From the NCBI GenBank assembly GCA_902781095.1, contig CACZHW010000010.1, positions 3,120 to 67,119 on the forward strand: 64,000 bases of DNA, read 5' to 3'. The notes under the pieces were generated by a model, which was not told where the DNA came from, made no database searches, and saw nothing but the letters and a program-made list of their open reading frames with translations. A program made the translations under genes and the position numbers. Below are positions 33,975-42,197 of the stretch, piece by piece (the first letter of the stretch is position 1; every line of letters starts with the position of its first letter). Source of the stretch: an uncultured Eubacteriales bacterium. Lineage in GTDB: Bacteria; Bacillota; Clostridia; Christensenellales; Aristaeellaceae.

Positions 33975-36377
33975 ATGGATTTTCGAAGCTTTTTAAAGAG
34001 CCGCATCGTCACGCTGGACGGCGGCATGGGCAGCCTGCTGCAGGCCCGCGGGCTCAGGCCCGGCGAAGCGCCCGAGCGGTGGAACCTTACGCATCCGGAT
34101 GCCGTTCTGGCGGTTCAGCGCGCCTATTATGACGCGGGGAGCAACCTCGTCATCGCCAACACCTTCGGCGCCAACCCGCTTCGCTTTTCGCAGGAGGAGC
34201 TCTCCCGCATCATCCCCGCCGCGATCGCCGTCGCCCGGCAGGCGGCCGCCGAAAGCAGCGGGAAGCAGGAGAAGTTCGTCGCGCTGGATGTCGGCCCCTG
34301 CGGGCAGCTGCTCGCCCCCTACGGCACCCTTGGGTTTGAAGACGCCGTCCGGCTCTTTTCCCAAACCGTCGCCCTCGGCGCCGAGGCCGGCGCGGACTGC
34401 GTGTTCATCGAGACGATGAACGACAGCTACGAGACCAAGGCCGCCCTGCTCGCCGCGAAGGAGAGCTGCAGCCTGCCCGTGATCGTCTCCAACGCCTACG
34501 GAGCCGACGGCAAGCTGATGACCGGCGCCTCTCCGGAGGCCATGGTCGCACTGCTGGAGGGAATGGGTGCGGACGCCGTCGGCGTCAACTGCTCCCTCGG
34601 GCCGGAGGCGCTCGCCCCGGTCGTGCGCCGCTACCTCGCCTGCGCTTCCGTCCCCGTGCTTCTCAAGCCCAATGCGGGGCTTCCCCGCGTGGAGGACGGC
34701 CGGACGGTTTACGACATCGGCCCGGAGGCCTTTGCAGAGGCCGTTTTCGCCCTCATGCGGGAGGGTGTGCGCCTGTGCGGCGGCTGCTGCGGCACGACGC
34801 CGGAGTATATTGCCGCGCTGAAGGATCACACGGCGGGCCTTGAACCCGTCCCCGTCCGTCCGAAAGAAGAGACCGTCGTCTCCTCCTATACCCATGCTGC
34901 CGTCTTCGGCGGGCGCCCGCTGCTCATCGGCGAGCGCATCAACCCGACCGGGAAGAAGCGCTTCCGCCAGGCTCTGGCGGAACACGACATGGGGTACCTG
35001 CTCTCGGAGGGCATTCGGCAGCAGGAGGCCGGGGCCGACATCCTGGATGTCAACGTCGGCGCGCCGGGCGTCGACGAGCCCGCGCTGCTGGAAGACGCCG
35101 TGCGCGAAATACAGGCCGTCCTCGATCTTCCGCTGTGCATCGACACCTCCGATCCCGTGGCGATGGAGCGCGCCATGCGCCTGTACAACGGAAAGCCGCT
35201 GGTCAATTCCGTAAACGGCAAACAGGAAAGCCTCGATGCCGTGCTGCCGCTTGTCGCTAAATACGGCGGGACCGTCATCGCCCTTACGCTGGATGAGGAC
35301 GGCATCCCGCCCACGGCTGAAGGGCGTGTGCGCATCGCCCGGCGCATCCTTGATGCGGCGCAGGCGCACGGCATCTGCAAAAAGGACGTCGTCTTCGACA
35401 CGCTGACCATGACCGTCAGCGCAGCGGAAGACGCCGCCGCCGTGACGCTGGAGAGCCTCTCCCGCATCCGCCGGGAGCTCGGCTGCCACACCTCGCTGGG
35501 CGTCTCCAACGTCTCCTTCGGCCTGCCCGCCCGCGAACGCATGAACGCCGCGTTCTTCACCCTGGCCCTCGCCCGCGGCCTGTCTGCCGGCATCGTCAAC
35601 CCGCTGAGCACGGAGATGATGGGCGCTTACCGCTCCTACTGTGCGCTGAGCGGGCTGGACGCCCACTGCGGCGAATACGTCGTCTGGTCACAGGCGCACC
35701 CGGTGGCGGCAGCCGCAGCCGCAAAACCCGTGGACGCGGCCGCCGAAACCGGAGATTTATCCGGCCTTCGCCGCGCCATCGAGCGCGGACTGACCGCCGA
35801 GGCGGCGCGGCAGGCTGCGGAGGCGCTGCGCTCCCGCGAGCCGCTCTCGCTCATCGGCGAAGAGGTCATCCCCGCTTTGAACGCCGTCGGGGAGGGCTTC
35901 GAACGCGGCCGCGTCTTCCTGCCGCAGCTGATGATGGCCGCAGAGGCGGCCGGCAGCGCCTGCGCGGAAATCAAGGCCGCCCTCTCAGCAGAGAAGACGG
36001 CCTCCCGCTGTGATTTTGTGCTGGCCACCGTGCAGGGCGACATTCACGACATCGGCAAAAACATCGTCCGGCTGCTGCTGGAAAACTACGGCTTCGCCGT
36101 ACACGATCTGGGCAAGGACGTGCCCCCGGAGGACATCGTCGACGCCGTCGTGCGGCTGCACGCCCCGCTGTGCGGTCTCTCGGCGCTGATGACGACCACC
36201 GTTCCCGCGATGGAGGAGACCATCCGCCGGCTGCGGGACAAAGCGCCCTGGTGCCGCATCGTGGTCGGCGGCGCCGTGCTCACGGAAGAATACGCGCGCA
36301 CCATCGGCGCGGACGCGTACGGGCGGGACGCCATGGCCACCGTCCGCTACGCCGAGCAGGTGGACGCCTCCCTCTGA
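33975..36377 (+). CDS. metH: cobalamin-dependent methionine synthase core (Hcy-binding, pterin-binding and B12-binding domains; no activation domain)
   Basis: 800 aa. Hcy S-methyltransferase N-terminus (GCCGTTPEYI), pterin domain, and the cobalamin DxHxxG motif (GDIHDIGKN). Confidence 0.9.
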   Translation: MDFRSFLKSRIVTLDGGMGSLLQARGLRPGEAPERWNLTHPDAVLAVQRAYYDAGSNLVIANTFGANPLRFSQEELSRIIPAAIAVARQAAAESSGKQEKFVALDVGPCGQLLAPYGTLGFEDAVRLFSQTVALGAEAGADCVFIETMNDSYETKAALLAAKESCSLPVIVSNAYGADGKLMTGASPEAMVALLEGMGADAVGVNCSLGPEALAPVVRRYLACASVPVLLKPNAGLPRVEDGRTVYDIGPEAFAEAVFALMREGVRLCGGCCGTTPEYIAALKDHTAGLEPVPVRPKEETVVSSYTHAAVFGGRPLLIGERINPTGKKRFRQALAEHDMGYLLSEGIRQQEAGADILDVNVGAPGVDEPALLEDAVREIQAVLDLPLCIDTSDPVAMERAMRLYNGKPLVNSVNGKQESLDAVLPLVAKYGGTVIALTLDEDGIPPTAEGRVRIARRILDAAQAHGICKKDVVFDTLTMTVSAAEDAAAVTLESLSRIRRELGCHTSLGVSNVSFGLPARERMNAAFFTLALARGLSAGIVNPLSTEMMGAYRSYCALSGLDAHCGEYVVWSQAHPVAAAAAAKPVDAAAETGDLSGLRRAIERGLTAEAARQAAEALRSREPLSLIGEEVIPALNAVGEGFERGRVFLPQLMMAAEAAGSACAEIKAALSAEKTASRCDFVLATVQGDIHDIGKNIVRLLLENYGFAVHDLGKDVPPEDIVDAVVRLHAPLCGLSALMTTTVPAMEETIRRLRDKAPWCRIVVGGAVLTEEYARTIGADAYGRDAMATVRYAEQVDASL

Positions 36378-36979
36378 GCGGCAGACGCATGCGGGCGCGC
36401 AGGCACCCTGAACAGCCCGTGCCGGTTGCAGTAATAATAAAACCACCGCGTTCTGCTGATCTTAAAACGGGCCTCAGCATTGCCTTCCGGATACAGCTTT
36501 TTCAGCTCGTACCCGTCGTCCTTTACAGCCAGTATAAACGAGATATAATGCGCTTTGCTCATTTCGTGAGCGACCGTCACGCAGTATTCGTCTTCGACGG
36601 TTTCAATGTGCGCGGGATGCTCCTCGTCCTCTTCTTCCGCCTCCAGCACCGGAAGGACGATGCCACAACAGCTGATGACAGCCTCTCCGATGCTCACTAT
36701 AAAGTTTCCGCAGACCGGGCAGACGTAAAGCTTCATCCGCAGCATGTTGAAAGACGCGTTGGTGTTGGTGATGCGCTCGCCTGAAAACAGCTCGATCATC
36801 GAGACCCCCAGAGCCGCCGCAAGCGGTTCCAGCAGCGTGATATCCGGGTAACCCTTCCCTGTTTCCCATTTGGAGATGGCCTTGCAGCTGACCGTCAGTT
36901 CCTCTGCCAGCTGCAGTTGGGTCATCTTTTTGTTTTCGCGCAGACGCCTGATCATGGCCCCTGTCACATACTGATTCAT
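36347..36979 (-). CDS. XRE-family HTH fused to a complete desulfoferrodoxin (2Fe superoxide reductase) module
   Basis: ORF trimmed to MNQYVTGAMIRRLRENKKMTQLQLAE (HTH). This is followed by the desulforedoxin motif CPVCGNFIV...CCG and SOR ligand motifs EEHPAHIE, HEMSKAHYISF and YCNRHGLF. Confidence 0.75.
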   Translation of the reverse strand: MNQYVTGAMIRRLRENKKMTQLQLAEELTVSCKAISKWETGKGYPDITLLEPLAAALGVSMIELFSGERITNTNASFNMLRMKLYVCPVCGNFIVSIGEAVISCCGIVLPVLEAEEEDEEHPAHIETVEDEYCVTVAHEMSKAHYISFILAVKDDGYELKKLYPEGNAEARFKISRTRWFYYYCNRHGLFRVPARPHASAAQREASTCSA

Positions 36980-37031
36980 GGCAATCCCTCCTTTTGCCAT
37001 GATCATAAGGCGGCGGCCCGCCTGAATCAAC

Positions 37032-37943
37032 CTACGCTTCGTAGACAGGCGCAGCCTCGTCTTTGCCGGCCCGGCTTTTGCATCTGCCGCAGCCGCTGCA
37101 GCCGTTGCAGACGAGCTTCATCGAACACTCCCCGCAGTACTCTGAAAAAACCGGAACGTACAGGTTCTCTTCGGGGATCGGCAATCCCCAGCTGTCGGTC
37201 AGCTTAAAACGCATCGCTTTTCCCCGGTAGTTCATCCCGGATTTCAGCGCCTGGCGGGTCTGCTGCCGCTTGTCGCGGATGGTAAAGCGCCTGCCGTCCT
37301 TGATGAAAACCGTTCCCGTCTCCAGGAAACAGAAGGTGATGCCGCGGAAAACGCACTCCTCCCTCAGGGCCTTCACCCATTCGAAATCGCAGGGCCGGGT
37401 TCCGCCGTAGTTTTCACCGCCGCAGGCCACCTCTTCGATCTGCCCGCTGTCCAGATACTTTGCAAGGCTGACCGGGCCGATCAACGGCGCACAGTTGACC
37501 CCTTTGTGCCGGAACGGCAGTTCCAGCAGCAGCGGCATCCGCTCGTCCGCCCTCCTCTGGTTCTCGCAGGTCACATTGAAAAAGATGTTCTCCCATCCGT
37601 CGCCCCAGTCCGGCGGGAGACACTTTTCAACCCGCTGCGGTCTTTTGGTCAGCAGATAGAAGATGACGTCGCTTCTGTGCCGCATGACACCCCATGCCTC
37701 GTCCCGCCATCCGTCCGCTTCTTCGAGGAAGAAATCCGAGGTCATGCAGACGCTGATTCTCTCGCCGCTTCGTATCTTATAGCTGCCTTTTCTGTCCTTC
37801 GCGAGGGGATACCGGGCATTGGCGGTTCGGTAGATTTCCGCGCCGCTTCTGCCCCGCATCCCGTCCAGAAAGTACATATAGCAGTTCTCACACCCCTCGC
37901 TGCAGGGCCTGCATCCGTGCCACGGATTCCAGATGCTGTGCAT
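37032..37943 (-). CDS. DUF5131 (phage Gp37/Gp68-like) protein with Cys-rich C-terminal extension
   Basis: MHSIWNPWHGCRPCSEGCENCYM N-terminal signature. The tail reads EYCGECSMKLVCNGCSGCGRC. Confidence 0.75.
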   Translation of the reverse strand: MHSIWNPWHGCRPCSEGCENCYMYFLDGMRGRSGAEIYRTANARYPLAKDRKGSYKIRSGERISVCMTSDFFLEEADGWRDEAWGVMRHRSDVIFYLLTKRPQRVEKCLPPDWGDGWENIFFNVTCENQRRADERMPLLLELPFRHKGVNCAPLIGPVSLAKYLDSGQIEEVACGGENYGGTRPCDFEWVKALREECVFRGITFCFLETGTVFIKDGRRFTIRDKRQQTRQALKSGMNYRGKAMRFKLTDSWGLPIPEENLYVPVFSEYCGECSMKLVCNGCSGCGRCKSRAGKDEAAPVYEA

Positions 37944-37951
37944 ACCTGCCC

Positions 37952-38074
37952 TCACATCCCCGTCTCCGGCGGATCAGTCTGGCCGAGCACGCGGGTCCAT
38001 TCATCTGCCGCGGCGCATATCCTCTGTGCGATGAAGCAGAGCGCCACCGCCGTCAGTCCGCCTCTGTGTTTCAT
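37952..38074 (-). CDS. candidate 40-codon small ORF (below ORF-track threshold)
   Basis: My translation: MKHRGGLTAVALCFIAQRICAAADEWTRVLGQTDPPETGM. Its ATG overlaps the stop of the upstream gene (ATGA). Its stop lies 8 nt before the DUF5131 ATG. About 29 of 39 third positions are G/C. Confidence 0.3.
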   Translation of the reverse strand: MKHRGGLTAVALCFIAQRICAAADEWTRVLGQTDPPETGM

Positions 38075-38943
38075 TGGCTTGCTTTTTCCTGCCTTCTCAG
38101 GATCCATTCGCTCTTGAACGTGTCGTCGTGCAGAAGGATGCCCATCTCATCCAGCGCCCGGATGCAGTCCTCACGCAGCTTCACCGCCTCCTCCGCTGTT
38201 TTGCACTTGGCGGAAAACTTGGTGAGGTACCGCATTTCGCCGCTGAAGGGCATCGGCCAGATCTCAATGCGCACGCTGTGCCGTTCAAGGGTTCCGGTGT
38301 AGCGCACAAACCGAAGCGGACCGATCTTCTCCAGCACGCCGGCTTCCGGCGCAGCCGGCGATTGATTCGCCCGGTTCCGCTCCTGCGGGGGCATATACGC
38401 CGCCGTGAGGCGCGCGGCTTCATCGCCTTCAATGTGATGAATGTCCGCCTTCTCCTCCAGCTTCAATTCAGCTTCCGCGGTAAGGCTGAGCGTCATCCTG
38501 TTGTAACCCCAGTCTATTTCTGCAGAGATATCCGGGTCTGCTGGTGTAAAACCGTCCGCCAGTGCCGCGTCCAGCGCGGATTCGACGTTGCCGCCATGAA
38601 CCGGATAGCGCTTTTTAAAGGTAAACGTATACTTTTTCTTGCCTTCTTTTACGCGGATGCGGTTGATCCAGCCGCTGTGCAGGTAATCCCTCTCCGGCGT
38701 GTCGAGGTAGATTACGCCGTAACCCTGGCATTTCTCCCCCGTCTCCAGGCGGGTGCGTACCCATTCGGCCAGGTTGTGTTCATCGTCCAGCACCCGGGTG
38801 TCGTCCAGGTGCAGCATGATTTCATACTCCGGTCCAAACGCCTCCCGCAGCGTTTCAGCCGCATTGCCAGTGCTTTCCGCTGCCGCGGACAGCGCCGCAG
38901 CCACGAGGAGTGTGAACCACAGCAAGGCAAATCGTTTAAGCAC
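38071..38943 (-). CDS. secreted hypothetical protein
   Basis: 290 aa with signal peptide MLKRFALLWFTLLVAAALSAAAES. No family recognised with confidence. Confidence 0.6.
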   Translation of the reverse strand: MLKRFALLWFTLLVAAALSAAAESTGNAAETLREAFGPEYEIMLHLDDTRVLDDEHNLAEWVRTRLETGEKCQGYGVIYLDTPERDYLHSGWINRIRVKEGKKKYTFTFKKRYPVHGGNVESALDAALADGFTPADPDISAEIDWGYNRMTLSLTAEAELKLEEKADIHHIEGDEAARLTAAYMPPQERNRANQSPAAPEAGVLEKIGPLRFVRYTGTLERHSVRIEIWPMPFSGEMRYLTKFSAKCKTAEEAVKLREDCIRALDEMGILLHDDTFKSEWILRRQEKASQ

Positions 38944-39040
38944 GGATTGTCATCTCCTTTTCCGGAAGGGGTTGCCTTCAGGTTTCTCCGCCTGTATAAA
39001 AGACAGCGCTCCACCCGCAGGCGGAGCGCTGTTTTGCTGT

Positions 39041-40114
39041 TTACTCGCCGAAGGAGATGCCCATGGCGCGGGCCGCCTTGACGGCCTGTGCGTCATCCGG
39101 CACAAACTTCGTCTTGCCGGCGACCTCGGAGAGGGGATTGTGGCCGACCTGGTTGCCGATCATGGCAACCGCCTGGCCGTAATTGCCGTCCGCGATGAGC
39201 TGGGCGGCGTGCACGCCGAAGATCGTGGAGAGCATGCGGTCGTACGCGCTGGGCGTCCCGCCGCGCTGCACGTGGCCGGGAATGACGGCGCGCGCTTCCA
39301 CACCCACCATCTGCTGCAGCTCCGCCGCGAGGCGGTTGGCCGCGCCGTTGAAGCCGGTCTCCTGGCGGAAGGCCAGGCGCTCCTTCTTCTTCATCTTCGC
39401 TTCCTTCTGGGTCATCGCACCCTCGGCAATCGCGACGATGGAGAAGTCCTTTCCGGCCTCCGCGCGGCGTTCGATGGCCTTGGCCACCGCCTTGGGGTCA
39501 TAGGGAATCTCGGGCAGGAGGATGACGTCTGCGCCGCCCGCGATACCGGAATACAGCGTGAGCCAGCCGGCCTTGTTGCCCATGATCTCGATGACCATGC
39601 AGCGGCCGTGGCTGGCCGCGGTGGTATGGATGCGGTCGATGACGTCCGTCGCGATGTCCACCGCCGTGTGGAAGCCGAAGGTGACGTCCGTCCCCCAGAT
39701 GTCGTTGTCGATGGTCTTCGGCAGGCCGATGACGTTCAGCCCTTCCTCGGAGAGCAGATTGGCCGTCTTGTGCGTGCCGTTGCCGCCCAGCGTGACCAGA
39801 CAGTCTAGGCGCATCTTCTTATAGTTCTCCTTCATCGCCTTGACCTTGTCCACGTTGTCGTCCTCGATGACGCGCATGTTGCGGAAGGGCGTGCGGCGCG
39901 TCCCCAGGATCGTCCCGCCCAAGGTGAGGATGCCGGAGAAGTCGGACTGCTTCATCTCCCGGTAGTCGCCGGAGATGAGGCCCGCATAGCCGTCCTGGAT
40001 ACCGATGATTTCGGTATCAAAGAGCGAATAGCTCGCACGGGCGACGCCGCGGATGCACGCGTTGAGGCCGGGGCAGTCGCCGCCGCTGGTCAGGATACCG
40101 ATGCGCCTTTTCAT
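39041..40114 (-). CDS. pfkA: 6-phosphofructokinase
   Basis: MKRRIGILTSGGDCPGLNACIRGV, IGLPKTIDNDI and MGNKAGWL motifs. Confidence 0.9.
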   Translation of the reverse strand: MKRRIGILTSGGDCPGLNACIRGVARASYSLFDTEIIGIQDGYAGLISGDYREMKQSDFSGILTLGGTILGTRRTPFRNMRVIEDDNVDKVKAMKENYKKMRLDCLVTLGGNGTHKTANLLSEEGLNVIGLPKTIDNDIWGTDVTFGFHTAVDIATDVIDRIHTTAASHGRCMVIEIMGNKAGWLTLYSGIAGGADVILLPEIPYDPKAVAKAIERRAEAGKDFSIVAIAEGAMTQKEAKMKKKERLAFRQETGFNGAANRLAAELQQMVGVEARAVIPGHVQRGGTPSAYDRMLSTIFGVHAAQLIADGNYGQAVAMIGNQVGHNPLSEVAGKTKFVPDDAQAVKAARAMGISFGE

Positions 40115-40144
40115 GCTGAATTCCTCCGTTCTCGGAATTTTAAA

Positions 40145-41320
40145 TTATGTTGCGAATATTGTAACATTTTGTCGGTCAGATGACAAGAAAAACCTCTTCG
40201 TTTCAGCAGGCAGCCCGGCAGAAACCGCCCCGAACAGCAGCTGCGCCGTCTGGCAGGCGTCCGCGCCCTGCAGGCCCTCCGGGTCCGTAAGGCCGCCCAC
40301 GACGCCGGGGCGCCAGCGGAAGACACCCGTCCCTTCTTTCCGAAAATCAAAGTAGACCGACGGGCTCTTCAGGCAGGCGGGATAGCGCCTGCTCCAGGCC
40401 GGATAAAAGGATGCCATGATCCCGTCCGCCAGCCGGTACGCTTCGCAGCCTTCGTCAGCGCCTACGGCGCCGATCTGCACCCCGCCGCCCGGCTGCCCCG
40501 CCCGGCTCGGGCTGGGCGTGGAATGCGCGATGAGCGTGCTGCCGTCCGCACAGCGGCCCAGCGAAAGGTAGACGTGCCCCGAAATGCTGACGATGTCGCC
40601 GGGGCTGAGCCGGGGCGCTTCCCCCGCCTGCGGTTTGATGAGCGCCCCGTATCCCCGGGTGGCCAGCTTCGCCGCCAGGCCGGTCGAGCTGCTGACGAAG
40701 CCGTCTTCCCCGCTTCTCTCATGCGCCGTATTGTACAGCGTCCAGCCGATGTAACCGGAGCAGTCCAGCCCCGCGTAGCCGTACTGGTTGAACCCGCCGT
40801 ACGGATAGAAGCTCCTGCGTGCGTCCTTCTTCGTCTCGTCCCCGTCCGGATCCCGGTAGGTATACCGCTCGTCCTGCGCGTCGAAGAAGCGCTGCCAGTC
40901 GGGCGAAAGGCCGATCCGGCGCGCGTTTTCGTGCGCGCCCGAATCCTGCCAGTTCCAGCCGCCGCCGAAGACGTACAGCGTACGCCCGACCGGTTCCATC
41001 GCGGTCTGCAGGAGATTGAGGAGGGTCCGCCGTCCGGGGATCCCCCGCACGGGCGAAGGGGCCGGCTCCGGCAGCCTCTCCCGGCAGACCGCGTCCGTCA
41101 CGGTCTCTCCCTGCACCTCCAGATCGTAGGCGTACCCCACCTTCAGGCGGTTCTGGAGCGCAAAGCGGGGCGCCCCGCCGTCCTCTGCGGCGATGGCGTA
41201 CAGCGCTTCCTTCCCTTCCTCCGTCCAGAACCGGTAGCGGAATTCCCCGGCGCGCGCGCGGCAGGTCTCCGGCTCCCCGTACCTAAAGACGCCCAGATAC
41301 GTCGCCCGCACCCTTCTCAC
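40145..41320 (-). CDS. NlpC/P60-like (papain-fold) domain protein, function unknown
   Basis: GLDCSGYIGW (catalytic Cys context) and SGHVYLSLG (His). GTG start; the second GTG at 41311 is better spaced from the GGAGG. Confidence 0.55.
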   Translation of the reverse strand: MRRVRATYLGVFRYGEPETCRARAGEFRYRFWTEEGKEALYAIAAEDGGAPRFALQNRLKVGYAYDLEVQGETVTDAVCRERLPEPAPSPVRGIPGRRTLLNLLQTAMEPVGRTLYVFGGGWNWQDSGAHENARRIGLSPDWQRFFDAQDERYTYRDPDGDETKKDARRSFYPYGGFNQYGYAGLDCSGYIGWTLYNTAHERSGEDGFVSSSTGLAAKLATRGYGALIKPQAGEAPRLSPGDIVSISGHVYLSLGRCADGSTLIAHSTPSPSRAGQPGGGVQIGAVGADEGCEAYRLADGIMASFYPAWSRRYPACLKSPSVYFDFRKEGTGVFRWRPGVVGGLTDPEGLQGADACQTAQLLFGAVSAGLPAETKRFFLSSDRQNVTIFAT

Positions 41321-41337
41321 CTCCGCCTGTTCAGTCT

Positions 41338-42186
41338 TCAGTCTTCCAGCCAGCGTCTCTCCAGAATGCCGTAGAGCGCGGAATGCACGTCCACCTTGCG
41401 GCAGAAGAGGCAGCCGGACGCGTCGATCGCGGGCAGATCCCCTTCCTCCAGCAGCGCCGGCGTTCCCCGCTGCGGCTCGTCCCAGACGGAGAAGCGCAGC
41501 GCCTCGCCGGTGATGCGCTCCTGCCAGGCGGTGCCGGCAAAGGCATTTTGAAAGAAGAATTCCTCCGGGATGTAGGTGTAGCGCAGGCGGTGCAGCAGGC
41601 GCCGGTTCTCCTTTGCGTTCACCGCGTGCTCCGCCGCCTCCCTGGGCAGCGAAAGCCAGACGAGCCCCTTACCCGGCAGGTTCAGCCGCCTTTCGACGTG
41701 CAATTTCTCCTGCCAACGGTCGATCCGGCCCACCCAGTTCTGCGCCCACTCGCTCATGTCCCTGTAATTGAGCAGGTGCATGAAATGGAAATGCCGGTAC
41801 CGGTGCGAAAGTTCCGGGTAATCGGCCGTACGCAGATACTGCATGTGAATCCGACTGTCCCCGTCAAAGAAGCGCTCCATCTCCCTCCACGGCACGCAAG
41901 GGAAATCCTGCGCGCTGATCAGGTGAAGATGCGTCACCCGCGGGTCCTCCAGCGCCAGGCGGACGAGGTCGCACAGCGCGTACAGATGGTACACGCTCCC
42001 CCAGTTGACCTTATAACGGCGGATGGCGCGCACGTTCGGGATGCCGTTCATCTCCCGCACGTCCGCCCCGGAAATCTCCCCCTTGGCGTCGGCGTGCACG
42101 AAACACAGCGCGTGCCGGGACAGGGCCCGGAGCATGCGCTTCGTCCCCTCTGCGTCCCGGTAGGCCGTGATGATCATCGCCTGCAT
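41338..42186 (-). CDS. GT14 (core-2/I-branching, beta-1,6-GlcNAc-transferase-like) glycosyltransferase
   Basis: AMIITAYRDAEGTKRMLRAL...CFVHADAK pattern of the Branch/GT14 family. Starts 11 nt after the hslU stop. Confidence 0.6.
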   Translation of the reverse strand: MQAMIITAYRDAEGTKRMLRALSRHALCFVHADAKGEISGADVREMNGIPNVRAIRRYKVNWGSVYHLYALCDLVRLALEDPRVTHLHLISAQDFPCVPWREMERFFDGDSRIHMQYLRTADYPELSHRYRHFHFMHLLNYRDMSEWAQNWVGRIDRWQEKLHVERRLNLPGKGLVWLSLPREAAEHAVNAKENRRLLHRLRYTYIPEEFFFQNAFAGTAWQERITGEALRFSVWDEPQRGTPALLEEGDLPAIDASGCLFCRKVDVHSALYGILERRWLED

Positions 42187-42197
42187 CGGCACGCCCC

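Noticed and set aside
33993-35666. 557-aa minus-strand ORF antisense to metH. The same reasoning covers 56070..57803 (+, antisense to asnB), 58089..59633 (-, antisense to glnA), 19973..21484 (+, antisense to uxaC) and 24495..26060 (+, antisense to the CNNM gene).
   Set aside because: Each is opposite a highly recognisable conserved gene, and each has biased, motif-free translations.
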